Of a stretch of DNA of 64,000 nt, positions 1 through 11,306 are shown in pieces. The notes beneath the pieces are model-generated. The model saw only the letters and a list, made by a program, of their open reading frames with translations. It was not told the origin of the DNA and did not search any database. The DNA is from Blastocystis sp. ATCC 50177/Nand II (lineage: Eukaryota). The position numbers and the translations under genes are program-made. Within the stretch, counting starts at the first letter, position 1; the number at the start of each line of letters is the position of its first letter. The stretch is taken from contig JBBPEE010000035.1 of the NCBI GenBank assembly GCA_039096935.1, forward strand, positions 496,001 to 560,000. The letters run 5' to 3'.

Positions 1-1043
1 CCGACGTCTGGCAGTGCGTACGCAGCAGCAGCGACTTGCGGTTCTCGGGGTGGAAGTGCTTCTGGATGCGCTTCGCCCACAGCTGGCGCGCCGCACGCAG
101 CTTCGCCACCTCCATGTAGAAGTTCATGCCCATGCCGAAGAAGAACGACAGACGAGGAGCCACCTTGTCCACAGACACGCCAGCCGCCTCGGCCGTGCGC
201 ACGTACTCAATACCATCGGCAATCGTGAACGCCATCTCCAGCATGGCGTCCGCACCAGCCTCCTGCATGTGGTAACCCGAAATCGAGATCGAGTTGAACT
301 TCGGCATGTGCACCGACGTGTAACCCATGATATCCTGAATCACACGCAGCGACTCGTGAGGAGGATAGATGAACGTGTTACGCACCATGAACTCCTTCAG
401 AATATCGTTCTGGATCGTACCACGCAGCAGCTCCTGCTTCACGCCCTGCTCCTCAGCAGCAATCACGTAGAACGCCATGATGGGAAGCACAGCACCATTC
501 ATCGTCATCGACACAGACATCTTGTCCAGAGGAATGCCGTTGAACAGCACCTTCATGTCCTCCACGGAGTCGATAGCCACACCAGCCATACCCACATCAC
601 CCACCACACGAGGATGATCAGAGTCGTAGCCACGGTGAGTCGCCAGATCGAAGGCCACGGACAGACCCTGCTGACCGGCAGCCAGGTTCTTGCGGTAGAA
701 GGCGTTGGAGGCCTCAGCGGTCGAGAAACCAGCGTACTGACGAATGGTCCAGGGCTTCTTCGTGTACATGGTGGCGTAAGGACCACGAGTGAAGGGGTAG
801 ATGGCAGGGCAGTCCTCGGTCTGGATGTCTTCGATATCGCACTTTCTGAACAGCGGCTTCATCTGGATACCCTCGGGAGTCTTGAAGTTCAGAGTATCTA
901 GCTGTCATGTGACAATGACACCACCCACCGGGAGAGGCACCCTTGAGTTCCTTCGTGGCGAGCTTCACCCACGCTTCAGGATAAGGGGTCACGGCGAAAG
1001 CACGCACAGAGCTCTTAGTCAACTGTCTAGACACGGCAAGCAT
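1..1043 (-). CDS. MMUT: Methylmalonyl-CoA mutase, copy A (5' part; runs off the window edge)
   Basis: Reverse complement is almost identical to 18094-19137. Contains the [39 protein letters not shown] and [10 protein letters not shown] motifs and the same 31-nt intron. Confidence 0.93.
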
Positions 1044-2073
1044 TTCTAGCTGCAGAACTATGCATTACACGATCGCTCTTTAAATGTACAGTTTCCTGTG
1101 TATTAACGATAAATAATACTGATCATTTCCTACCATAGAAAGCAGTAACCTTCCACGGTTGCGGGAATATTCGAGATTTCCGCCCCGTTTCTTCGACCAT
1201 CGTCTTGCTTTTTCTGGGCGATTTGGCGAATTGTGTGTGGTTTCCTCCCATAGTGTAATGCAAATGATGAACACATTACTGCAGGTGCATCCTTAAGGAA
1301 TACAGGAAGATTAGAGATATGTGGTGAATGCTCCACGCAAATGCAAAACAGTTTCATGCAATACAATACAGCAACTCACTGACATACTATGCCGGCATTC
1401 CTTCTTCCTTCTTGGCGATTGTTGCGCATGTGCTTCCTGCAGGTTTTCTAGGTCAGCATGTTACGTAAATCGCTGAGCGCATGGAGGCCAGAACAGGATT
1501 GAGCCCGTTGACTGCGATAGCTACGCATCAGAAATCATCACTTCCAGTCACCTTGCCCGTATAGAACGGAGTCTACAGGATTGCAGAAGAGGCCTCGAAT
1601 TCGTTTTGCACAAGGTCTCCATCATGCGCTTTGTCGTTAGCGGCCCCTGTATAGAATGGTAAGTGACTGGTCCCTTCAAATCTGCTGTATCTTCCTTGTA
1701 TCACTCTCCCGTTCTTCATATGGAGACATAGTCTATAGGACTATTGAACCACTTTTCCTATAGCTGATGTGAATCCATACCCATACGTACTTCCAATCCG
1801 TCTAGAACACAACAGTCTCTGCTTTTCCCATCCTTTCTCTCTTTCCCTTCCATATCATTATGCTGGAACAAGGAGGCGAAGAGAAGTCAATGCGCGAAAG
1901 GGAGCCCTTCTCCGATGGCTTTTGTTGATGGATTGAGCGAGAGGTGAGACAGTAAGCCGCCGTTGAATGATTGGATGAATGGATTCTATTTTAGGGACGG
2001 AAACCCTTGAAATCGCAAAATAGAGTCTATATGGGTTCGAGTCCGGCTCACCGTTTTCTTTCATTCGGAAAGA

Positions 2074-3002
2074 ATGAAACAGTACGACCTTTTCGATAAG
2101 CCGTTGAACGGACTGTATGCTCTGACAACGGTTGGAGGAATACGTTTGGGATTTGCGTTGCTTTTGTTCGTAGGCTCCATTCTGTGTATTGTCATTGCCA
2201 CGGCAATCTCAGTGTTTTGTGCCAAAACCTACAGCACTACTCTTGATCGGACGGCTATCACGGTAAACCCGTTTATCAGCGACAGGGTTTTATTCTCTGT
2301 CGATATCGTTGTTATCAATAAGGCATGTGATGGTATTCATTGTTGCTTCTAGTTGATTGTAGAGCTGTCGTACCACTTCGATGACTCTCAGGGCCATTCC
2401 CCGGCTTCTGTGAATGTATGGATGTGCACTACACGTGTTAGGAATAGATCCGAATGGAGGATGTTCCGACTTCCCCTGCTGGTTGTCACATTTCTGGTTC
2501 TTCGTCCGTTTTCCCTGTTTTTGCACTTTGGTGCTGTAACCAATAGGGAGAAGGTAACTTCCACATCGTGGACAAGCAGAAGGGCTACACCATCAATGGC
2601 GAACACCGCCATTTGTCAAACGAACGAAGTGAGCCCATGTCCTATCGAATCCGCACTGTGCGATGGGGCGCTCCATCTTCGTCCAGACATCTGCTTGATG
2701 GTGTGGGATTGAATCAGGGAAAATGTACGGACTGCATCGTGCACACGACGTATGACATGCTGGTGTTTTCCTCTTCTCTCACATCCTCTACATTCGATTA
2801 TTCCGTGTCGAAGTATGTTGTGAAGTCTAGCAACAACCGCCCGTCGAAGGTGTCCGATGGACTCTATTTTCAGTACCGTTTCCAGCCAGAGACGCTGATT
2901 CGGGAGTCATCTCCTTTCTCTGTGATGCAAATGGTCGTTTTAGTTGTAACCTGTTTCGGATGTTCGTGGACTTTTTGCAGTGGGTTCCAATGCATTTCAT
3001 GA
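2074..3002 (+). CDS. ERGIC/Erv41-Erv46-like ER-Golgi vesicle protein (multi-exon, divergent)
   Basis: N-terminus YDLFDKP...TTVGG followed by a hydrophobic helix. C-terminus GLYFQYRFQP..IRE followed by a hydrophobic segment. Both resemble Erv46 termini. Internal splicing not resolved. Confidence 0.5.
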
Positions 3003-3103
3003 GGCATAGTGCTGGTAGTGAAGGTGATTGCCAAGGATAAGGGTGTGAACAAGAGAGACTAGCCTGTTTTGTTTCTACAAACATATGCCATAGAGTACAT
3101 AGG

Positions 3104-4876
3104 CTACTTGATCCTTTTGAATCCCGCCATTCCGAAATGCTCGTCGTGCGTCTTGTCGAACTCGGGAGGCGCCTGAATCGTGCCCTGTGAAGGAAGCACT
3201 TCCTCCCCACACAAAGGATATACTCCGATTGGCTGGAAGGAGTCACTCAGCTCCTTCTCGATCTCCCGTCGCTCCGCCGGATCCAGCCACCGTCGCATGA
3301 TCAGCACGCCGTCCACCGGCAGCTTCGCCTTGATCTACTCTCCACACGAGCCCCTTGCCCTACCCACCGGATCATCACCAGCGGCTTCTCCGACTGCACC
3401 AGCACCAGGTCGAAGCGCGTGTCGATGCGCTGGAACATTGACAGCACCAGCTGCCGCGCGCTGAGCCGCTCGCGGTTGCACCCCAGCTGCACCTCCACGC
3501 CGCACTTCGACAGGCGGCTCAGCGTCCGCCTACGCCTGAGGCGCTGGCTGCTTCCCCACTCGCACGCCTCCACGTTCATGATCACCACCGTCACGCGCTT
3601 GCAGAACGGCAGCAGCACGCCCAGCACGTCGTTCTCGCTCACCACCAGGCAGCTCTCCGCCGGCCGGTTCGCCGTCGCTTGGCGAATGAACTGCTTCTCC
3701 GTGTCGTAGTACGAGTCGTCGTAGTAGCCCTCGAACCCGTGCTCTGCCAGGCAGATCGACTCGCCCACGTCCACTACGGCTCGCCCGCCACGCCTCCGCT
3801 CACCCGTCTGCACCGCCGCCAGCTTGCCGAAGGACTTGAAGCGACAGCACCCGCCCGGCAGCTCGCGCAGCAGCTCCTGGTTCCAGACGTTGTCGGGCGT
3901 CTTCCGCTTGATGCCCGAGCGGTTGCCGTCCTTGCTCAGCATGTGCGCGCAGTGCACTAAATGGGAGCCATCCGTTCATGACACACCTGTGTTGGTCACA
4001 TCCACCATCGTGATCTGCGGATCACGGTAGGCCGCGTCCACGAGGTACAGATCGTACCCGCTCCTACCGATCACGAAGTTGGGCATGCTGTCCCAGTCAA
4101 ACGCGTTTCGGGTCACGATGTGGTAGTCCTACGGTCGCACACCCTCATTGACCCTACCACGGCCGAGTCCCAATAGCGATGACCCTTCAGGACCATCTGC
4201 ACGACAAACGAGGAGGACGATTGCTGCGAAGGGGAAAAGCGGTCTTCCAGTTCTTGCTGCACGTTGGTTCGTTGCCCCACAATGTAGAGACGATCTCCGA
4301 CACGGCCGTTCTTTATGTCTCTGCTGATGGCACGCAATGAGTCAATGAGCGTGTCGTCGAGAAGAATATCAGCATTCACGTATCCATAGAACTCGGAGTT
4401 GAAGTGATCAAACGCGAATTTGAACATGGCCTTCAGGTAGGGGGTTCCATACTGGTTCGACCTATAATGAACAGACTTTGGCTATATTACTCAATGGAAC
4501 TGAAGACAAAGAGACCGTTACGCCTTGCTATGCGCTTCCAAACTGCGCTGTTCGTAAACACAACAACATAGGCGGAATCCAGCTTTGATAATAGTGCTAG
4601 GCAATTCTCTTGTGCCAAGAACCGTTGTGGGTCGTCCTATGCATCAGGATCGCTTCCACCTCCAACATCAGCCTCCAACACAGTGGTGAACATCGTCACC
4701 GTTCTTCTTTCCTCCTGCTTTGGAAAGTCCCCCGAAAAGACAGAGCGGACTTGATCGGACCACGCATCCCCTGACAAGCGAGAGAAGAAGAAGACGAAGG
4801 TAATGGCTGTCGTCAGTATCATCAACATCATGCAACCCACAAGGATGGGCAAGACTCTCCTTCTTCTCCTCCTCAT
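3104..4876 (-). CDS. Type II membrane glycosyltransferase-like protein (multi-exon)
   Basis: MRRRRRR plus a TM helix, then NQYGTPYLKAMF, YGYVNADILL, IVGQRTN and MPNFVIGRSGYD. Exons join through ~30-nt GT-AG introns and one AT-AC intron. Confidence 0.55.
3180..3221 (-). other. U12-type AT-AC intron (42 nt)
   Basis: Minus strand reads ATATCCTTT...TTCCTTCAC AGGGCAC. Removal gives the in-frame junction GV/IQAPPEF. Confidence 0.75.
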
Positions 4877-4997
4877 TTGGAACCTACGCGTTACTCTCTC
4901 CTCATATGCGAAATACTGCTTGGATTCAACTCCGATTCTGGTCGTGTTCTTTCTGTCATCCGTTCTGGATATAACCAAGATTTGGGTTCCAAACAGA

Positions 4998-5070
4998 TCC
5001 GAAGTAGTATAGTGGTTAAGTATTTCCGCCTGTCACGCGGACGACCGGGGTTCGATTCCCCGCTTCGGAG
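4998..5070 (+). tRNA. tRNA-Asp(GUC)
   Basis: Acceptor stem TCCGAAG/CTTCGGA, D-loop AGTGG, anticodon loop CT-GTC-AC (5052-5054), T-loop GGTTCGATTCC, followed by a T-run Pol III terminator. Confidence 0.93.
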
Positions 5071-5092
5071 TTTTCTTTTTCCCTCTCAGAAA

Positions 5093-5566
5093 ATGAGTTG
5101 CTTGTTGAAGAAATCTCTCTTTTCCAGAGAGCTCGTTGCGTTGGGACAGCTGACACGGTCTTTTGTTGTTGCTGGACCGTATGGCTCGGGAAGGAGGATA
5201 AGCGCTAGATTTCCGACCAAGCCTGCCTACGACCCCAAATTCGGCTGGCAGATCAGCATTTCCCCCAATAAGAAGGTGTGCGTGCGAAAGGCAGTGATCG
5301 AGTCGCTGTGTTACTCCTAGTGGCAGGACACAATCCTCATTGACATACGGAATTACTGGGATCCTAACGGAGAGTATTCAGTCATGTGCTATGTGAACTG
5401 TAGTGGCAATATGGTGCCTACAAAGAAGGGCATTTCGCTCACGGAGCAGCAGTGGGAGTCGTTTTTGAGCCATCGCTTGGACATTGAGAAGCTGCTCGAC
5501 CTCGTGAAGACGGACAAGACGGCTTCAAAGGTGCCCGAACAGGAGGAAGTGAAGGATTTGTTCTGA
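5093..5566 (+). CDS. PC4/Sub1-family ssDNA-binding protein with a presequence-like N-terminus
   Basis: Splicing out 5291-5320 (GC-AG) and 5374-5403 gives KVCVRKWQDTILIDIRNYW..GNMVPTKKGISLTEQQW, the PC4 signature. Confidence 0.8.
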
Positions 5567-5582
5567 CGCATTTGTTCAACAA

Positions 5583-6491
5583 TCACACACAGGGCTTGGG
5601 GATGGAAACAAGCATGCTGTTGCACTTTCCGCACTTCAGAGAACACGCTACAGGTGATGCAAAAGTCCCAGTTTATACCCCTGTTGTACTTGTAGATCAA
5701 GTTGCAGTTTTGACACTTATAGAAGTACTCAGGAACGGATAAGCGCAAATGCTACGAATCGAGGAATCCGAATACTCCTACTGTCTGACACTTTGGACAA
5801 TTGAAATCAGTGACACCCGGAGGCACAGACAACATAGACTGACAGGTTGGACACTTGATCGTCACCTATTCCTTACACAAACAGACGGCAACAACTCCCG
5901 CGGGCTGCTGAGCAGGAGGGGTGTTCACGCGAGAATCGTTCAGCCCCAGCATTGAAGACAGGGGGCTGTTCTGAGGCGGCGGTGTAGCAGGAGGCTGATT
6001 AGAAGGGCGGGGCGGTGGTAATTGGGTGTTCCCGGGAAAGGAATGCTGCTGCACCTGGCTGCTCTGAAGAGAAGACGTTGTGGAGGGCGTTGGCGGCGCT
6101 GCAGCTGCGGGAGGCACATCATCAATCTTGGCACTCTGGGTTTCCCTCTCTGCCTACACATCACAGTAGACCTAGTGCATCCAAACCTTCTGCGTCTCTT
6201 CGATCTTTTCATTCTCTTTCTTTTCAGGATTCTCCTTCTTCTCCTTTTCTTTCTGCTGTATTTCGTTGTCCACACGCTGCTTGTTCAGATTCACCCGGAT
6301 AGTCTCATAAGACTCGATGTCAATCGTCTTTCCGAATTGCGGGACTTCCTTCAACGGTTCGGTCGTAATTTCGGGATGGCTTGATTCGCTCGATGTCACT
6401 TCAGACCATTCCACCGATTTCTCCTCCGGAGGTCCCAGGGCGTAGATTACCTTACTCTATTGTGAAATCGCATTCATAGCAAGGCTACCAT
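5583..6491 (-). CDS. Pro-rich protein with C-terminal LSD1-like zinc ribbons
   Basis: Spliced C-terminus CPTCQSMLSVPPGVTDFNCPKC and CQNC...CGKC, preceded by charged and Pro-rich segments. Confidence 0.55.
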
Positions 6492-7084
6492 GTTCAATCG
6501 AGGGAGAACAATGGGTTTAGGGGAAAAGAGTGATGGAAACGGAGTGTGGATTCTGTGTTGGTATGGGGTTGATGGGATGAAAGAGAGTCATTTCAAGTCA
6601 TTTGAGGACGGATCCACATAACAGATCATCGTTAGAGTGTCTCATCTGTGGTGCGTGCAATGATTCTGCTCCATTGGTTCGTATGCTACAACAATTCCAA
6701 TGAATAGAAAGGAATGGACGATTCACGAAATGGGGAAACGGAAAGAGCTAAGAATGCTCGGTAGTACTATTCGTGACAATATATGCATGTGAAAGAGAAA
6801 GGGGTACGAATTCAACAAGTGGGAGGAATACACGAATAGAGGATTGGATTGTAGTGAGTAGCACTCTTTATTGATAGATCGTTTCTGTTCCATAGAAATG
6901 ATGGAGTCTGAAACAATGAATGGAGATCATGCACTGTTGAACATATTATCTCTTCAACAGATTGGGTGTGAGTTGTGGAATGTGAATTCGTAGTAGATAA
7001 GGATAACGGAGTGAATCCAAAATCGGCACTCTTTTGGGATGAAGACAATCACGTCATTCTTTCTTTCATTCTACCATCCATAAG

Positions 7085-8788
7085 ATGTTCCATACAGTAC
7101 TGAAGCGTGCTACCATGAGTGTAATGAAATCGAAGTGCATCTCTCTTTCACCTCTGTCCAGAGCTATGCTTGTACGTACAAGTAGTACGAGTGAGACTGT
7201 AACAAATGGAGGTACTAGCTCTGATTCTAGTACTCCTTCCCCCAACAATTCATCAAAGGAAGTGAGTATCATGAAATGGATATGCTTATGGTATAGTCAA
7301 ATGTGGAACATGAATGTGACAAGAACAACAATGAGTTCTATCAGCGATTCAGTCTCATCACTAGATTCCTCCACAAAACGAGGGATGAAATCATGAAGAT
7401 GTGTTTGAAGGATCCAACTGCATTATTCTCGATTAAACAAACCGATTATCCATTTCCTGCTGATTCTGTGTTGTTGCATCGTGGTGACTCAATTGTGGAA
7501 ATGAACAAGGAAAGAATGGTGATTGGTGATACTCAGTCGCATCAGCTGTTACGAGTGAATGAAGAAGACTTGAGTGGCATTCAACATGGTCGGGTGTTGG
7601 ATATGAAAGAGAAAGGAGAGAGATGGGAGGGTGATGTGTTGAATGATCAACCATATGGTTGGGGTGTATTGTATGACAGTGAGAAAAGAAAGATGTATGA
7701 GGGATTCCGAATTGGAGGAGTGAATGTGTGCTATGGCACTCGGTACTACTCTGACATCCAGAAGGTTGAGTATGAAGGCGAGTGGTGTGAAGGAAATCGC
7801 ATGGGTGTTGGTGTATTGTATGATCGAGATGAAGTGGTGATTCATGAAGGAGAATGGGTGAACAACCGTCCATTGTTGACGCGAGTGGAGATGACAGACA
7901 AGAACCCTGCTCTTCACAACCGCATTGAAGAACTGATTGTGAAGAACAAGAGTTGTAATGGAAAGGAATGGAAATCACTTGACTTGTCTCTCTTATCGAA
8001 GCTGAGGAAGTTAAGAATTGGTGATGAGTGCTTCGATAAGGTGGAGAGGGTGAAGTTGAATGGACTAAATGAGTTGGAGAGAGTTGAGATTGGATACGGA
8101 AGCCTCAGACAAATGGAGATGCTGGATTCATCCTTTGAAATGAAGGATTGCGAGAAGTTGAAGGAGCTGATCATTGGTTATGAGTCACTCAACTACTTTA
8201 AGGGCATTACAATTAAGAATGTCCCCTCTTTGGAGAGGATCGAAATGGATGGCAGTTGCTTCTATTGGTCGTCTCTCGAGTTGAAGGGTTGTGACTCGAA
8301 TGGAGTGTCATCACTAGACATGCCAAAACTGCAATCCTTGTTCTTTGGTCCAGAGGCATTTGGTGGGTGTGAAAAGGCCGTGTTTGAGAGTCTGCTATGC
8401 TCTTGCTTTCTTAACAATAGACCTTCCGGAACTGCGAGAGATGGTGTTTGGAATGGATGCCTTCAGGTTTAAGAGACGTGACATTGCAAACACGCAACTG
8501 GTCATGCGAAGTCTTCGTTCTTTCCTTTGATCCTGTTTAGATCTCCCGAAACTCCAAACATGCAAAATCGGATTCTGGATGAGTGCGACGTTCGTGTACT
8601 TGAGTAATGTCATCATGGAGAGTGATTCTCCCTTCCTTCTTTCATCACTAGACATCCCCTCTGCAACGGATGTGAGCTTTTGTAATAGAGCGTTTATGTA
8701 TGTCGACAACAGCGAGATAAAGAGTGTGCTTCTCTTCGTACTCTTATCGATAGACGTCTCTCCTATCCTCAGACGGTACCTTGCGTAG
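7085..8788 (+). CDS. MORN-repeat plus leucine-rich-repeat protein, copy 1
   Basis: MORN-like repeats (RWEGDVLNDQPYGWGVLYD, YEGEWCEGNRMGVGVLY) followed by LxxLxIG..F LRRs. Introns at 7262-7296, 8288-8317, 8390-8420, 8511-8540, 8622-8651 and 8724-8753. Confidence 0.75.
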
Positions 8789-9280
8789 TAACCCTCCTCT
8801 TTGTTGAATCACGCCATTGTCTTGATTCCCCTTCTATGTTGTTTCAGGACTGTGGTTCGATTCTGTTGATTCACTCTCTACATTATTGTCAACGAATAGA
8901 AAAGAATGGATGATTCACGAAAGGAGTGGAGCAAGAATAACTCAGAATGCATTAAAGCATCATCAGTAGCGTTCTATATGCATTTTAGAGAGAAAGGAAC
9001 ACTCATTCAACGAGTGAGAGGAACACACAAATAGAGGATTGAATTGTAATGAATAACACTTTCTGTTGATATATTGCCTCTATTTGATAACAAAGGAGGA
9101 GTCTGAAACAATGAAGGGAGGATTGTGCACCGTTGAACACATTATCTCTCTTATACATTGTATATGAGTTATGGAATGCAAATTCATAGTAGATAAGGAT
9201 AACGGAGTGAAGCCAAAATCGGGACTATTTTGAGATGAAGACAACCACTTCATTCTTTCTTTCATTCAACCATCCATAAG

Positions 9281-11010
9281 ATGTTCCATACAGTGCTGAA
9301 GTGTGCTGCCGTGAGTGTAACGAGATTGAGATGCGTCTCTCTTTCACCTCTCTCCAGAGCTATGCTTGTACGTAACAGTAGTACAAGTGAGACTGTAACG
9401 AATGGAGGTACTGGAACAGATTCTACTACTCCATCCCCCATCAAGTCACCAAAGGAAGTAAGAATCATGAAATGAATATGCTCATTGTATAGTCAAATGC
9501 GAAACAGGGATGTGACACGAACAACAACGAGTTCTATCAGTGATTCAGTCTCATCACTAGATTCCTCCATAAATCGAGGTATAGAATCAGGAAGATGTGT
9601 TTGAATGATCCAAATGCATTGCTCTCGATTAAACAGATAGATGGTCCATTTCCAGTTGATTCTGTGTTGTTACATCGTGGTAACTCAGTTGTGGAGATGA
9701 ACAAGGAAAGAATGGTGATTGGTGACATTCAGTCCCACCAGTTGTTACGAGTGAATGATGAGGATGTGAGTGGCATTCAACATGCTCAGGTGTTGGATTT
9801 GCGTGATGATGGAGAGAGATGGGAGGGTGATGTGCTGAACAACAAACCCTATGGTTGGGGTGTGTTGTACGACAGCGAGAACAGAAAGATGTATGAGGGA
9901 TTCCGAGTGGGTGATGTGAATGTGTGTTATGGCAGAAGCTACTATCCCGAGACTCAGAAGGTGGAGTATGAAGGCGAATTGTGTGAAGGAAAGCGAATGG
10001 GTGCTGGTGTGTTGTATGATCGAAATGAAGAGGTGATTCATGAAGGAGAATGGGTGAACAATCGTCCATTGTTGACGCGAGTGGAACTGACAGACAAGAA
10101 CCCTGTTCTTCACAACCGAGTGCAAGAGTTGATTGTGAAGGACCACAGCTGTAACGGACCAGAATGGAGCAGATTCGATTTGTCTATCATGCCCGATTTG
10201 CGATTGCTTCAAGTGGGAGATTATTGTTTTGAGAACGTGAAAGAGGTGAAGCTGAATGGACTGAATGAGTTGGAGAGGGTGGTGATTGGAGAGAATAGCT
10301 TCACAGAGTATAAGAATGATTGGCCTGGGTCTATGATACCAGGTCGTCATTTCTATTTAAAGAATTGTGAGAGACTGAGAGAATTGAAAATGGGTCGTTA
10401 TTCCTTCAATGAGTATTCCGTGTGTGAGATTAATAATACGCCTTCTTTGGAAATGATTGAAATGGGAGATGTGAATGAAGTGAGTGCCAATTTCCTCTAT
10501 GCTTCATTGGGACTGAAGAGTGATTATGAAAGAATGAAATGATGAATAGACATGCCCAGTTTGAAATCGCTTGTATTTGGGGAGAGTACATTCTGTAAGT
10601 GTTCTCGTGTCGCATTTGAGAGTGAATGGCTTGAAGAGGGAATGATGACTAGACTTGCCTGAATTGATTTCCATTCGACTGGGCTTTGCTTCATTCTGGT
10701 TCAAGGCTGATAATGAATCAAGTGAATTGATCATGCGAAGTGGTGATGGTGAAATGAGCTGATAAATAGACTTGCCTAAACTCACTTCAGTCATTGCTGC
10801 TAAGGAAGGCGGATTGGCATTCTGCCATCCTTTTTCCATCACTCTGGAGGGTAGTTCCTATCACTTCATTCTCATTGCAGATTTGCCTTCTCTCACTACT
10901 GTTATTCTCGACAAGAAATGGGCTTCAAATGTCAAGAAGCCCATTCACGCAAAGAGTACCGCTTCTTCCCCTCCCTCATTCTTAGACATCACTCCCGCTT
11001 TGCAACGCTA
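9281..11010 (+). pseudogene. MORN plus LRR protein, copy 2, with an in-frame TGA at 9541
   Basis: Same exon structure as copy 1. The CGA codon of copy 1 is TGA here. The frame from ATG 9595 onward is intact. The 3' end is uncertain. Confidence 0.55.
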
Positions 11011-11306
11011 TCTCCCTTTTCCTCTTTCTTTCACATACTACTCATCAATGCCAAACTCCTTTTCAAAGCAAATCACCTGCCACACCCAGTCTTACAACAA
11101 TGCACTTCACAATTGTTCCTTCCTTCGCTTATTTCCTTTTCTGCTTCTATTATGTATTGCTGATTCATTCTCCACATCTATTGCTATGAATAAAAAAGAA
11201 TGAACGATTCACACAGAAACAGCCTCCTTTCATCCCATCCTCACTCACTCACACATTCCAACTCATTACAACACTCTCTGCATATCCATCTTCCAACAAA
11301 CACCCC

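Larger units (their letters stand above)
6702..11212 (+). repeat. Tandem duplication of a ~2.2-2.3 kb AT-rich unit
   Basis: Units 6702-8893 and 8894-11187 align through the upstream region and gene. A GAATA.AAA.GAATG...GATTCAC motif occurs at 6702, 8894 and 11188. Confidence 0.85.

Noticed and set aside
1380..2064. Possible small minus-strand multi-exon gene
   Set aside because: Intron-like ends are present, but I could not build a convincing protein, and the candidate ATG is only 9 bp from the opposite gene's ATG.
9541..9543. Selenocysteine or recoded TGA
   Set aside because: The paralogue has Arg here, no SECIS is evident, and TGA is used as a normal stop elsewhere in the window.
6702..11212. 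Autonomous transposon or LTR element
   Set aside because: No transposase, integrase or reverse transcriptase motifs; the direct repeats are only about 25 bp.
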